From: Rhodospirillales bacterium Ga0074136
GTDB taxonomy: Bacteria; Pseudomonadota; Alphaproteobacteria; Acetobacterales; Acetobacteraceae
Length of the DNA stretch: 64,000 nucleotides
Direction: 5' to 3'
Assembly: GCA_001464375.1 (NCBI GenBank)
Contig: LNEW01000220.1
Span: forward strand, 1,228-65,227
Under the pieces are notes generated by a model. It was not told the origin of the DNA, searched no databases, and saw only the letters and a list, made by a program, of their open reading frames with translations. Below are positions 9,799 to 19,762 of the stretch, piece after piece (position 1 is the first letter of the stretch; every line of letters starts with the position of its first letter). Position numbers and translations under genes: made by a program.

Positions 9799-10923
9799 AT
9801 GCTGCATGTCGATATTCCCGGCCGCGACGAATTGCGCGCTCTGGTCGATCACCGCGCCCCGGGGAGCGTGTCGATCTACCTGCCCACGACGCCGCTGACC
9901 CAGGACGTGGGCGCCAGCCGCATCGTGCTGGGCAACCTGGTGAGGAAGGCCGAAGCGCAATTGACCGCCGCCGGGGCCGATCGCCGCGCCGTCGTGGCGC
10001 TGGTGGAACACCTTCACGACCTCGGCGACGACGATGACTTCTGGGCGGTACAAGCGCGGAGCCTGGCGGTGTTCGCGACGGCCGATGGCCTGTCCACCTG
10101 GCGCCTGCCGAACGCGCTCAGCGAGATGGTCGAGGTCTCCGACCGCTACCACCTGAAGCCGCTGCTGCGCGCCGTGACCTTCCCGCAGGCGGCCTATGTG
10201 CTGGCGCTGGCGGCGGGCGGCGTACGCGTGCTGGAAGTCTCACCGGATCTGCCGGTGAGCGAGGCGCGCATTCCCGGCCTGCCGCGCGACGCCGCCAGCG
10301 CCGTCGGCAAGTCGAGCATCAAGGACCGCTCGCACAGCCAACGCATCCATGGCTCGGAAGGCGAGAAGGTGCGCCTGCGGCAATATGCCCGGCAGGTCGA
10401 ACAGGCGCTGCGTGACGTGCTGCGCGGCAGCGAGGTGCCGCTGATCCTGGCGGCCAGCGACACGCTGGCGGCGATCTACCGGTCGGTGAACACCTATCCG
10501 CATCTGGCGACCGCGGGCATCCACGACAGCCCGGAAAACATGACCGATGCGCAGCTGGCCGAGGCCGCGCGCGGCGTGCTGGACGGGCTTCATGCCGAAG
10601 CCGCCGGGGCATGGCGTGCGCGCTTCGCCGAACGTTGCGGCCAGGGCCGTGGAACCACCGACATCGCCGTCGCCGCACGCGCTGCGGTGCAGGGCGCCGT
10701 GGACAGCGTGATGGTCGATATCGATGGGGTGGTGCCAGGCTCGGTCGATCCGCAGACCGGCGCGGTGACCTTCGCCACCGCCGACGATGCGGTCGCCTAT
10801 GGCGTGGTGGACGAGATCGCGCGCCTGACGCTGCAGGCAGGCGGGCACGTGCTGGCCGTGCGGCGGGCGGACATCCCGGGCGACGCGCAGGTCGCGGCGA
10901 TCCTGCGCTACCCGCTCGCCTGA
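9799..10923 (+). CDS. hypothetical protein, probably a bacterial eRF1/Pelota-like (baeRF-type) family member
   Basis: Inner start of ORF 9649..10923 with RBS GGAGG 7 nt upstream: MLHVDIPGRDELRALVDHRAPGSVSIYLPTTP...VSDRYHLKPLLRA...RYPLA. I recognise this conserved alphaproteobacterial family from memory. The family assignment is not verified. Confidence 0.7.
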   Translation: MLHVDIPGRDELRALVDHRAPGSVSIYLPTTPLTQDVGASRIVLGNLVRKAEAQLTAAGADRRAVVALVEHLHDLGDDDDFWAVQARSLAVFATADGLSTWRLPNALSEMVEVSDRYHLKPLLRAVTFPQAAYVLALAAGGVRVLEVSPDLPVSEARIPGLPRDAASAVGKSSIKDRSHSQRIHGSEGEKVRLRQYARQVEQALRDVLRGSEVPLILAASDTLAAIYRSVNTYPHLATAGIHDSPENMTDAQLAEAARGVLDGLHAEAAGAWRARFAERCGQGRGTTDIAVAARAAVQGAVDSVMVDIDGVVPGSVDPQTGAVTFATADDAVAYGVVDEIARLTLQAGGHVLAVRRADIPGDAQVAAILRYPLA

Positions 10924-10954
10924 GCGGTCACGCCGCCCGGGCGCGACGGCGCGC

Positions 10955-12466
10955 TCAGGCGGTGAGGCCGAGCTTCTCCGCCAGGCCGATCCGCATCAGC
11001 TTGCCGGTGGCGCCTTTCGGGATTTCGGCCAGGAACACCACCTTGCGCGGCACCTTGAAGTCGGTGAGGTGCTGCGCGGCGAAGTCGCGCAATTCGCGTT
11101 CCGTGCAGTCCATCCCCTCACGCAGCACCACCGCCGCGCCGACTTCCTCGCCGAGCTTGGCGTGCGGGATGGCGAAGGTCAGGGCCTGGGCCACCGCCGG
11201 GTGGCCGGACAGCACGCCGTCGACTTCGAGCGGGCTCACCTTCTCGCCGCCGCGATTGATCAGTTCCTTGAGGCGCCCGGTGAGCGTCAGGAAGCCATCC
11301 GCGTCGAAGGCGCCCTGGTCGCCGGTGCGGAACCAGCCATTCGTGTAGGCCTTGGCATTGGCCTCGGGATTGGCTTCGTAGCCGGCGGTCACGTTGGGGC
11401 CGCGGATCACCACCTCGCCGATCTCGCCGGTCGGCAGCAGCGTGCCGTCATCGGCCATGACCGCGACCTCGGGCCCCGAGGGCTGGCCGACCGACCCGGG
11501 CTTGCGCGGCCCGGCCAGCGGGTTCGAGCACATCTGGTGCGACGCCTCGGTCATGCCGTAGCTCTCGACCAGCGGGCAGCCGAACACGATTTCGAGTTGC
11601 TGCATCACGGGCCCCGGCAGCGAGGCGGAGGACGACCGCAGGAAGCGCAGCGGCGCGCGGCGGATCACATCGGCGTTGCGTTCGGCGCGCGACAGGATCG
11701 CCTGGTGCATGGTCGGCACCGCGGTCACCCAGGTCGGGCGTTCCTCATCGAGCCAGCGGAAGAAGCGCAGCGCATCGAAGCCCGGCGTGCAGACCACCGC
11801 GCCGCCCGCGCCGACCGAGGCCAGCACCGCCGCCATCAGCCCATGGATGTGGAATAGCGGCATGATGTTGAGGCAGGCATCGTCGGGTGTCAGTGCCAGC
11901 GTGCGCGCGATGTTGCGCGCCGAGGCGCAGACATTGGCCTGGGTCAGCGGCACGATCTTGGGGCGCGCGGTCGTGCCGGAGGTATGCAGCACCAGCGCGG
12001 CGTCTTCCGGCCAGGCCAGGCCGGGCCTGGCGGCATTGGCCGGTGTGCCGCCTTCCAGCGTGAAGTCGCCGGCCGCCTCGCCCGGCACCAGATCCAGCAC
12101 CGGGATGGACAGGCGCGCGGCCACTTCGCGCGCGTCCGACGCCATGCCGTGCAGCACGACCAGCGCCTTCGCGTCGAGGTCCGTCAGGTAGAAGGTGAAT
12201 TCCTCCGCCCGATAGGCGGGGTTGAGCGGCGCGGTGGTCGCACCCGCGCCGATCGCGAGGAAGGCCGCCGCCATCTCCGGCCCGTTCGGCAGCACGATGG
12301 CCACGCGGTCGCCGCGGCCGATGCCCATGCCGTTCAGCGCCTTCACCGTGCGCGCGCACAGGTCGCGCAGCGCGCCGAAGCTCAGCGACGGGCGTTCATT
12401 GGTGCCGCGCAACGCGGGAGCCGCGGCGTCGCCGCTAGCGAGCAGGCGGGAGATGGTCTCGGTCAT
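10955..12466 (-). CDS. AMP-dependent acyl-CoA synthetase/ligase (oxalate-CoA-ligase-like)
   Basis: 503-aa ORF with the AMP-binding motif LHTSGTTARPK, plus YGMTE, TGD and GEKV motifs. The substrate call is only by resemblance. Confidence 0.85.
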   Translation of the reverse strand: MTETISRLLASGDAAAPALRGTNERPSLSFGALRDLCARTVKALNGMGIGRGDRVAIVLPNGPEMAAAFLAIGAGATTAPLNPAYRAEEFTFYLTDLDAKALVVLHGMASDAREVAARLSIPVLDLVPGEAAGDFTLEGGTPANAARPGLAWPEDAALVLHTSGTTARPKIVPLTQANVCASARNIARTLALTPDDACLNIMPLFHIHGLMAAVLASVGAGGAVVCTPGFDALRFFRWLDEERPTWVTAVPTMHQAILSRAERNADVIRRAPLRFLRSSSASLPGPVMQQLEIVFGCPLVESYGMTEASHQMCSNPLAGPRKPGSVGQPSGPEVAVMADDGTLLPTGEIGEVVIRGPNVTAGYEANPEANAKAYTNGWFRTGDQGAFDADGFLTLTGRLKELINRGGEKVSPLEVDGVLSGHPAVAQALTFAIPHAKLGEEVGAAVVLREGMDCTERELRDFAAQHLTDFKVPRKVVFLAEIPKGATGKLMRIGLAEKLGLTA

Positions 12467-12511
12467 GGGCGTCCTTGAAGCTTCTCGGCTGTGGCGGGGC
12501 GCCGGGCGGCG

Positions 12512-13063
12512 TCAGCCCCCCGCGAGGGAGCGCCGGTGGCGCCCGGACAGTTCCACGTAGTGCCCGGCGGTGCGATCGAAGCCGGCGCGCCGTTCGACCG
12601 TCAGCACCTGCACCATCTTCGCCGGATTGCCCATCCAGAGTTCCATCGCCTTGATCACCTTGCCCGGCGGCAGCACGGACCCGGCGGCGAGCACGCCGCC
12701 TTCCTCGATGATGGCGTCGTCCAGCACGGTGGCGCCCATGCCCACGAAGGCGCGGTCGTGCAGCGTGCAGGCGTGGATGATGGCGGCGTGGCCGACGGTC
12801 ACGTCATTGCCGATGGTGGTGCATTGCCGCCCGGCATTGACGTGCACGATGGTGCCGTCCTGGATGTTCGTGCCGGTGCCGATGGTGATGGTGTTGGTGT
12901 CGCCACGCAGCACGCAGTGGTACCAGACATTGGACCCCTCCCCGATCGTGACCTGGCCGATCACCGCGGCGGTCGGCGCCACCCAGGCGCCGGGATGGAT
13001 GACCGGGCGGTGCCCCTCGAACACATACAGGGGCGGCAGGGTCGTGGGCTGATTCGCGTCCAT
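12512..13063 (-). CDS. gamma-carbonic-anhydrase-like / left-handed beta-helix hexapeptide protein
   Basis: 183-aa ORF with hexapeptide repeats (IGEGSNVWYHCVLRGD..ITIGTGTNIQDGTIVH), as in YrdA/PaaY-type proteins. Confidence 0.8.
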   Translation of the reverse strand: MDANQPTTLPPLYVFEGHRPVIHPGAWVAPTAAVIGQVTIGEGSNVWYHCVLRGDTNTITIGTGTNIQDGTIVHVNAGRQCTTIGNDVTVGHAAIIHACTLHDRAFVGMGATVLDDAIIEEGGVLAAGSVLPPGKVIKAMELWMGNPAKMVQVLTVERRAGFDRTAGHYVELSGRHRRSLAGG

Positions 13064-13138
13064 GGCAGGTCCTCCGGCGGCGTCCGGCCCATTCTGCGCC
13101 GACGGGCGGGGTGGCGAAAGGTCACCCCGCCCGGGGTG

Positions 13139-14104
13139 TCATTCCGCGGCAGCGGGACGCTCGACCGGCAGGTCGGCATTGACCGGAATGCCGAGCATCA
13201 GCCCGAGATTCTGCACCGCCGCGCCCGACGCGCCCTTTCCGAGATTGTCGTACCGCGCGACCAGCACCGCCTGGCCCTGCGCCGCATCGCCATGGACGCG
13301 GATCTCGAGCGCATTGGTGCCGTTGAGCGCCTGCGGTTCGATCTTGCCGGAGGGATCGGCCGGCACCACCCGGACATACGCGCTGCCGGCATAGCGCGCG
13401 GCGAGCAGCGCCTCGATCTCGGCCGGGCTGACTCGTTTGGCCAGGGTATCGAGGTGCAGCGGAATGGCGTCGATCATGCCCTGCGCGTAGTCCGCGACGG
13501 CCGGCACGAAGATCGGCCTGCGGGTCAGCAGCGAATACGTCTGCAACTCCGGCACATGCTTGTGCTTCAGGCCGAGGCCGTACATCTCGAAATCAGGCGC
13601 GGTGCGGGACTCATAGGCCGCGACCATCGCCTTGCCGCCGCCGGTATAGCCCGAGACACCGGTCATCGTGACCGGATGGTCGGGCGCCATGATCCCCGCC
13701 TCGACCAGCGGGCGCAGCATGAGGATCGCACCCGTCGGGTAGCAGCCCGGGTTGGACACGCGCGGCGCCGCCGCGATCGCTGCCGGCTGGCCGGGCGTGA
13801 GTTCCGCCAGGCCATAGACCCAGTCCGGATCGACGCGATAGGCGGTCGAGGCATCGAGCAGCTTCGGCGCCTGCGCGCCGAGCGACGTCGCCAGCGCCGC
13901 GCTTTCCTTCGCCGCATCGTCGGGCAGGCAGAGGATCACGAGGTCCACCTCCGCCATCATCTCGCGGCGCGCCCCGGGGTCCTTGCGGCGGTCGGCGGCG
14001 ATCGAGCGCAGTGCCACATGCGGGTTCGCCGCCAGGCGCTCGCGGATCTGCAGGCCGGTCGTGCCGGCTTCGCCGTCGATGAACACGGTGGGGGTCTTGG
14101 CCAT
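13139..14104 (-). CDS. argC: N-acetyl-gamma-glutamyl-phosphate reductase
   Basis: 321-aa ORF: [20 protein letters not shown]... with active-site SNPGCYPTG. Short-type ArgC. Confidence 0.9.
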   Translation of the reverse strand: MAKTPTVFIDGEAGTTGLQIRERLAANPHVALRSIAADRRKDPGARREMMAEVDLVILCLPDDAAKESAALATSLGAQAPKLLDASTAYRVDPDWVYGLAELTPGQPAAIAAAPRVSNPGCYPTGAILMLRPLVEAGIMAPDHPVTMTGVSGYTGGGKAMVAAYESRTAPDFEMYGLGLKHKHVPELQTYSLLTRRPIFVPAVADYAQGMIDAIPLHLDTLAKRVSPAEIEALLAARYAGSAYVRVVPADPSGKIEPQALNGTNALEIRVHGDAAQGQAVLVARYDNLGKGASGAAVQNLGLMLGIPVNADLPVERPAAAE

Positions 14105-14236
14105 GGGATGGACCTCCGTTGCGGTGCGGCATTAGCCGCGAAATGAACCCTGAAAAGCAAGAGGGGCGAGCCCTTGCGGACCCGCCCCCTGATGGAACCA
14201 GCCATGCGGCCGGGCGTGACGCCCGTCCGCGAGGCG

Positions 14237-14722
14237 TCAGCGCTTGGAGAACTGGAAGGAACGTCGGGCCTTCGCCTTGCCGTACTTCTTGCGCTCGACC
14301 ACGCGCGGGTCGCGCGTGAGGAAGCCCGCCTTCTTGAGGATGGCCCGGAGCTCCGGTTCGTAGTTGGTCAGCGCGCGGGAGATGCCATGGCGCACCGCGC
14401 CGGCCTGGCCCGACAGGCCACCGCCCACCACCGTGCAGTTCACGTCGAACTGCTGGTAGCGGTCGGCCACCAGGAAGGGCTGGGTGATCAGCATGCGCAG
14501 CACCGGACGGGCGAAGTAGCGCGCCGCGGGCTTGTCGTTGATCAGGATCTGGCCCTTGCCGGGCTTCACCCACACGCGGGCCACCGCATCCTTGCGGCGG
14601 CCGGTGGCATAGGCGCGGCCCTGCGCATCGCGCTTGGGTTCGCGCTTGATCGCGGCCTCGGGCGCCGCCGGCGTGCCGGCGACCATCTCCTTGAGGTCGG
14701 CGAGTGTACGGGTCTCGCTCAT
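14237..14722 (-). CDS. rpsI: 30S ribosomal protein S9
   Basis: 161-aa ORF ending ...[19 protein letters not shown]...[25 protein letters not shown]. Confidence 0.97.
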   Translation of the reverse strand: MSETRTLADLKEMVAGTPAAPEAAIKREPKRDAQGRAYATGRRKDAVARVWVKPGKGQILINDKPAARYFARPVLRMLITQPFLVADRYQQFDVNCTVVGGGLSGQAGAVRHGISRALTNYEPELRAILKKAGFLTRDPRVVERKKYGKAKARRSFQFSKR

Positions 14723-14726
14723 GACC

Positions 14727-15185
14727 TCAGGCCACCTTCTTCACGAGAACGGAATTCTTGCGGTTCAGCGCCGCGATATCGAGCTTGGTCGGCTGCTGAC
14801 CGGCGTGCGGATGCTCGGCACCGGCATAGACATGCAGGTTGCGCATCTGCTCGCGGCCGAGCGGGCCGCGCGTGATCATGCGCTCGACCGCCTTCTCGAT
14901 AACCCGCTCGGGGTACTTGCTCTCGAGGCGCTCGCGCACGGTGCGCTGCTTGATGCCGCCGGCGTAGCCGGTGTGCCAGTAGAAGATCTTCTGCTCGGCC
15001 TTGGCGCCGGTCACGCGGATCTTCTCGGCATTGACATGCGGAGTGAATTGCGGCTTGTGCTTGCCGCGAAGGCGATTGGCCACGAGTGTCGCGAGGCGGC
15101 CGAGCACGAGCCCATCCGCATCGATCAGCACCCAGGCCTTCGTCACCTCCGCCGGCTTCAGCGAGGTGGTCTGTCTCGTGAGCAT
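14727..15185 (-). CDS. rplM: 50S ribosomal protein L13 (apparently carrying a 9-aa internal deletion)
   Basis: Inner start [51 protein letters not shown]|NAEKIRVTG... of ORF 14727..15248. rplM-rpsI operon order. See the finding on the missing DxGDxVIVI block. Confidence 0.9.
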   Translation of the reverse strand: MLTRQTTSLKPAEVTKAWVLIDADGLVLGRLATLVANRLRGKHKPQFTPHVNAEKIRVTGAKAEQKIFYWHTGYAGGIKQRTVRERLESKYPERVIEKAVERMITRGPLGREQMRNLHVYAGAEHPHAGQQPTKLDIAALNRKNSVLVKKVA

Positions 15186-15293
15186 CGGTTTTCCAGGTTC
15201 AGGCGTGTTTGGTGGCCGGCTTATCGGCACTGGGCGCCGGAAAGTCAAGCGATCCGGCGCCTTGCTGCCTTTGGTATCCTGCTACCGCAATTA

Positions 15294-16544
15294 TCAGCCC
15301 CCGGCGAGGCTGTCGAACCAGGTCTTCCAGGCCGGCACCGACCGCGCATAGGTGCCGCGATGGGTGGCATCCGCGCCGGCGGAGATCGCCTCGACCGTGG
15401 CGTTGCCCATGGCGCGCTGGAAGTCCATCGCGAGGCGGCCAATGCCCACGCGGATCGCCTCGTCGCTCTCGCCATAGTAATTGCGCACCGGCGTGCGGAT
15501 CAGCCAGCGATAGACCTGGTTCGCCGCCAGCAGGCGCCCGAGGGCGGACGCGCCGAAGAACGCCGGGTCGAAATACGCATCATTCACCAGGCTGCGCAGC
15601 GCCGTCGGGATCCGCGCCGGATCGACCGCCTCCCCCCGCCAGGCGCGCTGGGCGATGTCGTAGTGGTCCGGCTTCAGGACCGATCGCGCCAGGCCCGGGA
15701 CGGCGTAGTAGGTCTCGAACGAGAACGACACCAGGATGAACAGCGTGGTGATCCAGGATGCGTCGTTCGGCCGCGGGAAATTCAGGTAGCCGGTCAGCGT
15801 CGCCCAGGGATCGACCGGCGCACTGGCCGTGACCGCGGCACGCACCGGCACCCCGATCGCCTCCAGCCGTTCGAGCAGCGCCATGGTCACATAGCCACCC
15901 TGCGACCAGCCGGCGAGGAACAGGCCGGACGCCGACAGGCCCAGCGCCTGCAACACCGACCGCGCGGCCGGGATCAGGTCGGCACACGCCTGCTGGTGGC
16001 TGCCCTTCACCATGTAGCCCTGGGGCTCGGTGGATTCGCCCATGCCGATGTAGTCGGCGCCGACCATCGCGTAGCCCTGCCCGGCGAACTGCGCGAGCAT
16101 CAGCTGCGTTTCCGGGGATTGCTCGGGAAACGAGGGCACCTGCTGGCGGCCGTACACCGTGCCGTGCTGGTAGGACACCAGGGGAAGCGTCGTCTGACCG
16201 CCTTCCGGGACGGCGAGAAGGCCACTCAGCGTGACCGGCCTGTTGCCGCGTTCCGGCACGACGGAGGGATAGCTCACGCGATACAGTCGCACCGCATTGC
16301 GCGCAGGCGCGTAGGTGACCGGCACGCCGAAGAAGGCGGGCGTATCGACAGCCAGGATGCGGTTGAGCCTGTCGACATCCCACCGACCCACCAGGCGGTA
16401 GGTGACCCCACCCGCAACCGACGCGGCGGCGGCATCCGACTGCGCCGCGGCTGGCACTGTCGCCGCGGCCAGCGCGCTTATCGACAGGGCAGCGCCGCCC
16501 AGGCGGCGGCGCGAGAATGGCAAAGGCACGCCGGCGTTGGTCAT
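15294..16544 (-). CDS. secreted alpha/beta-hydrolase (lipase/esterase-like)
   Basis: 416-aa ORF. N-terminal signal with a twin-arginine-like FSRRRLGGAALSISALAAATVPAAAQ. Nucleophile elbow GWSQGG. Confidence 0.75.
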   Translation of the reverse strand: MTNAGVPLPFSRRRLGGAALSISALAAATVPAAAQSDAAAASVAGGVTYRLVGRWDVDRLNRILAVDTPAFFGVPVTYAPARNAVRLYRVSYPSVVPERGNRPVTLSGLLAVPEGGQTTLPLVSYQHGTVYGRQQVPSFPEQSPETQLMLAQFAGQGYAMVGADYIGMGESTEPQGYMVKGSHQQACADLIPAARSVLQALGLSASGLFLAGWSQGGYVTMALLERLEAIGVPVRAAVTASAPVDPWATLTGYLNFPRPNDASWITTLFILVSFSFETYYAVPGLARSVLKPDHYDIAQRAWRGEAVDPARIPTALRSLVNDAYFDPAFFGASALGRLLAANQVYRWLIRTPVRNYYGESDEAIRVGIGRLAMDFQRAMGNATVEAISAGADATHRGTYARSVPAWKTWFDSLAGG

Positions 16545-16930
16545 GCGATGTCCCGGTCAAGGCGCGGCCCGCGGGATGGGGCGGCGCGTGGCGCAGGATG
16601 ACCGGGACCTCCGAAAATTCCATTGAAGTCTGCGAGATGTCGCGCCCGGCCAGCGCCGGCCCCACTGCCCTGGACAGCGCGGCGCGCGCCGCGGCAGGCT
16701 GGACGCCATCCAGGAAGAAACGCCGCATGACGGCCATGAATCGCCGCGCCGTGCCGATCGGCACCCATCGCCTTCACACGCCGGCGCTGGCGCCGGCGCC
16801 GATGAGCAACGCGGCCCGGCGCGCGCGGATCGACCGCGCATTGCCACTGCATCGGGGCCTGATGCAGCGCGCGGGGCTTGCGCCGTCCTGAACCGCCGCA
16901 CCGGTATCCGCGGCGAAGGGGGCCGCGCCC

Positions 16931-17323
16931 ATGTACAGCCACGTCACCATCGGCACGAACGACATCCGCCGCGCCGTCGCCTTCTATGATGCGCTTCTGT
17001 CCGGCCTCGGCCTGGCGCGGCAGGAGAGCGACCTGGAGAAGGGCTATGCCGGCTATGCCGCCGCGCCGGAGGTCACGCCGCAATTCTGGGTGATGATGCC
17101 GGTCGACCGGCAGCCCGCCTCGGTCGGCAACGGCGTGACCATCGCCTTCGAGGCATCCGACCGTGCCGGCGTGGACCGCTTCCATGCCACCGCGCTGGCG
17201 CATGGGGGCACCAACGAGGGCGCGCCGGGCCTGCGCCCGCACTACCACCCCGACTATTACGGTGCTTATCTGCGCGACCCTGACGGCAACAAGATCTGCT
17301 GCGTGTGCCACCGCCCGGCGTGA
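16931..17323 (+). CDS. VOC (glyoxalase/bleomycin-resistance/dioxygenase) family protein
   Basis: 130-aa ORF: MYSHVTIGTNDIRRAVAFYDALL...YGAYLRDPDGNKI. Typical VOC fold signature. Confidence 0.8.
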   Translation: MYSHVTIGTNDIRRAVAFYDALLSGLGLARQESDLEKGYAGYAAAPEVTPQFWVMMPVDRQPASVGNGVTIAFEASDRAGVDRFHATALAHGGTNEGAPGLRPHYHPDYYGAYLRDPDGNKICCVCHRPA

Positions 17324-17355
17324 GGCGGTGCCGCGCCGCGGCGCGGAGGACACGC

Positions 17356-19053
17356 ATGACCGACAAGCCTTTCGGCCTTGGACGCAACGCTTCGAACTAC
17401 GGCGACCCGGCCTTCGCGCTGTATCTGCGCCGATCCTTCGCCAAATCCATGGGCTACAGCCAGGCCATGCTGGACAAGCCGGTGGTCGGCATCGCCGACA
17501 CCGCCAGCGACTACAACAACTGCCACCGCACGATCCCCGAACTGATCGAGGCCGTGAAGCGCGGCGTGCTCGCGGCGGGCGGGCTGCCGCTGGCCTTCCC
17601 GACCATCAGCATCTGCGAACCCTCGCTCTCCCCGTGCTCGATGCACTATCGCAACCTGATGGCGCTCGACACCGAGACCATGCTGGCGAACCAGCCGATG
17701 GATGCCGCGGTGCTGGTGGGCGGCTGCGACAAGACGGTGCCGGCGCAACTGATGGGCGCGATCAGCTCCGGCACGCCCTCCGTCATGCTGGTGGTCGGCC
17801 CCATGCTGGCGCAGTCCTTCGAGGGCGAGCGCCTGTCCGCCTGCACCGATTGCCGCCGCTACTGGGCGCGCTACCGCGCGGGCGAGGTGACCGACGAGAA
17901 GATCGCGACGCTGGAGGGCAAGCTCGCCACCACCGCCGGCACCTGCGGCGTGATGGGCACCGCGAGCACCATGGCGTGCCTGGCCTCGACGCTCGGCTTC
18001 ATGCCGCTCGATGCCGCCTCCGCACCGGCCGTCCATGCCGACAGGCTGCGCATCGCGGAGGAAGCCGGCGCGCAGGCGGTGCGGTTGATCCGCAACCCCG
18101 TGTCGCCGCTGTCGCTGATGACGCAGGGCAATCTCGACAACGCCGTGCGCGTGCTGCTGTCGCTCGGCGGGTCGACCAACGCGATCGTGCATCTCGCGGC
18201 GATCGCCGGGCGCGCGGGGCTCGATCTCGACCTCAAGCGCCTCGATGCGCTGAGCGAGACCACGCCGGTGCTGGTCGACCTCAAGCCGACCGGCGAGGGC
18301 TACATGGAGGATTTCCACAGCGCGGGCGGCATGCGCGCGCTGTTGTGGGAATTGCGCGACCTGCTCGACATGACCACGAAGGACCTCGACGGCGTGTCCC
18401 TGGCCGACCGCATCGGCGATGGCAGCCACTTCGTCGACCGCCGCATCATTCGCGCGCGCGGCGAGCCGGTCTCGCCGGTCGGCGGCCTGGTCGCGCTGTT
18501 CGGCTCGCTGGCGCCGGACGGCGCCATCCTCAAGCGTTCCGCCGCCACCCCGTCGCTGTTCGAGACCGAGGCGCGTTGCCTCGTCTTCGACGGCCTCGCC
18601 GACCTCTCGGCGCGCATCGACGATCCGGAGCTCGATGTCACGCCGCAGGACATCCTGGTGCTGAAGGGTGCCGGGCCGCGCTCGCCGGCCGGCATGCCCG
18701 AGGCCGGCTACCTGCCCATCCCGAAGAAGCTCGCGCGCCAGGGCGTGAAGGACATGGTGCGCATGAGCGACTGCCGCATGTCCGGCACCGCCTTCGGCAC
18801 CATCGTGCTGCACATCGCGCCGGAGGCGTCGGTCGGCGGGCCGCTGCAGTTCGTGCAGACCGGCGACCGCATCCGGCTGTCGGTCAAGAACCGCACGCTG
18901 GACCTGCTGGTGGACGAGGCGACGTTGGCCGCGCGCCGCGCAGCCTGGACGCCCGCGCCCGCCCCCAAGCGCGGCTGGGACCGCCTGGTGCATGAGCAGG
19001 TGACCCAGGCACCGCTCGGCGCCGACCTGGCCTTCCTGCGCGCGGAGCCTTGA
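17356..19053 (+). CDS. IlvD/Edd-family dehydratase (sugar-acid dehydratase-like)
   Basis: Inner start MTDKPFGLGR (RBS GGAGGA upstream) of ORF 17305..19053. Motifs GGCDKTVPA, CGVMGTASTM, GGSTNAIVHL and DCRMSG. Confidence 0.88.
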   Translation: MTDKPFGLGRNASNYGDPAFALYLRRSFAKSMGYSQAMLDKPVVGIADTASDYNNCHRTIPELIEAVKRGVLAAGGLPLAFPTISICEPSLSPCSMHYRNLMALDTETMLANQPMDAAVLVGGCDKTVPAQLMGAISSGTPSVMLVVGPMLAQSFEGERLSACTDCRRYWARYRAGEVTDEKIATLEGKLATTAGTCGVMGTASTMACLASTLGFMPLDAASAPAVHADRLRIAEEAGAQAVRLIRNPVSPLSLMTQGNLDNAVRVLLSLGGSTNAIVHLAAIAGRAGLDLDLKRLDALSETTPVLVDLKPTGEGYMEDFHSAGGMRALLWELRDLLDMTTKDLDGVSLADRIGDGSHFVDRRIIRARGEPVSPVGGLVALFGSLAPDGAILKRSAATPSLFETEARCLVFDGLADLSARIDDPELDVTPQDILVLKGAGPRSPAGMPEAGYLPIPKKLARQGVKDMVRMSDCRMSGTAFGTIVLHIAPEASVGGPLQFVQTGDRIRLSVKNRTLDLLVDEATLAARRAAWTPAPAPKRGWDRLVHEQVTQAPLGADLAFLRAEP

Positions 19054-19081
19054 CCGCGCGCCCCGCCCGCGGCGCACCCAT

Positions 19082-19762
19082 ATGGGCGGGGTGCGCCGCG
19101 TGATCCTTCTTCTCCTGATCCTGGGTTCCGTGGCCGGGGCGTGGCTGCTGCCGCGCCTGCCGGAGGCCTGGAACCCCTTCGCGCCGATCGACCTGGCCGG
19201 GCCGACAGGGCCGTTCACGCGCCACAAGCTGCGCGGCCTGGCGGGCGATCCGGCGGCCTGCTTCGCCGCGCTGGAGGCCGCCGGCATCGCGGCCACCCCG
19301 CTGCCCGATGCCTCCGCCGGCCCGGACTGCCCGCTGCGCGACACCACCCGCCTGCCCGGCCCCTTCGACCCCGCCCGGCCGCTGCTGACCTGCCCGATGG
19401 CGGCGGCCTGGTCGGTCTATGAACGCCAGGTGCTCGACCCCGCGGCGCAGGCGCATTTCGGCACCGGCATCGCGCGCGTCCGGCACCTCGGCACGCTGTC
19501 GTGCCGCAACGTGCGGGGCGGCTCGCGCCGCAGCCAGCACGCCAGCGCCAATGCCATCGACCTCGCCGGATTGCGCCTCGATGACGGTCGGGAGGTGTCG
19601 GTGCTGCGGGACTGGGGCCGCGAGACCGCGGCCGGCGCCTTCCTGCGCGACGCGCGCGACGGCGCCTGCCGCATCTTCGCCGCCGTGCTCGGGCCGGATC
19701 GCGACGCGGCGCACGCCAATCATGTCCATCTCGACCTCGGTCGCTGGAGCGCCTGCCAATGA
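19082..19762 (+). CDS. extensin-like family protein (membrane-anchored)
   Basis: 226-aa ORF with an N-terminal TM segment and a C-terminal ...SQHASANAIDLAGLRL...HANHVHLD motif, typical of the bacterial extensin-like domain. Confidence 0.7.
   Translation: MGGVRRVILLLLILGSVAGAWLLPRLPEAWNPFAPIDLAGPTGPFTRHKLRGLAGDPAACFAALEAAGIAATPLPDASAGPDCPLRDTTRLPGPFDPARPLLTCPMAAAWSVYERQVLDPAAQAHFGTGIARVRHLGTLSCRNVRGGSRRSQHASANAIDLAGLRLDDGREVSVLRDWGRETAAGAFLRDARDGACRIFAAVLGPDRDAAHANHVHLDLGRWSACQ

Noticed and set aside
16545-16930. 385-bp gene-free divergent region between the secreted hydrolase and the VOC gene, considered as a possible sRNA, riboswitch or pseudogene
   Set aside because: The listed ORFs there are Arg-rich and motif-free. 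I could find no convincing conserved RNA motif, palindrome or terminator by eye. A covariance-model scan would be needed, so no feature is claimed.
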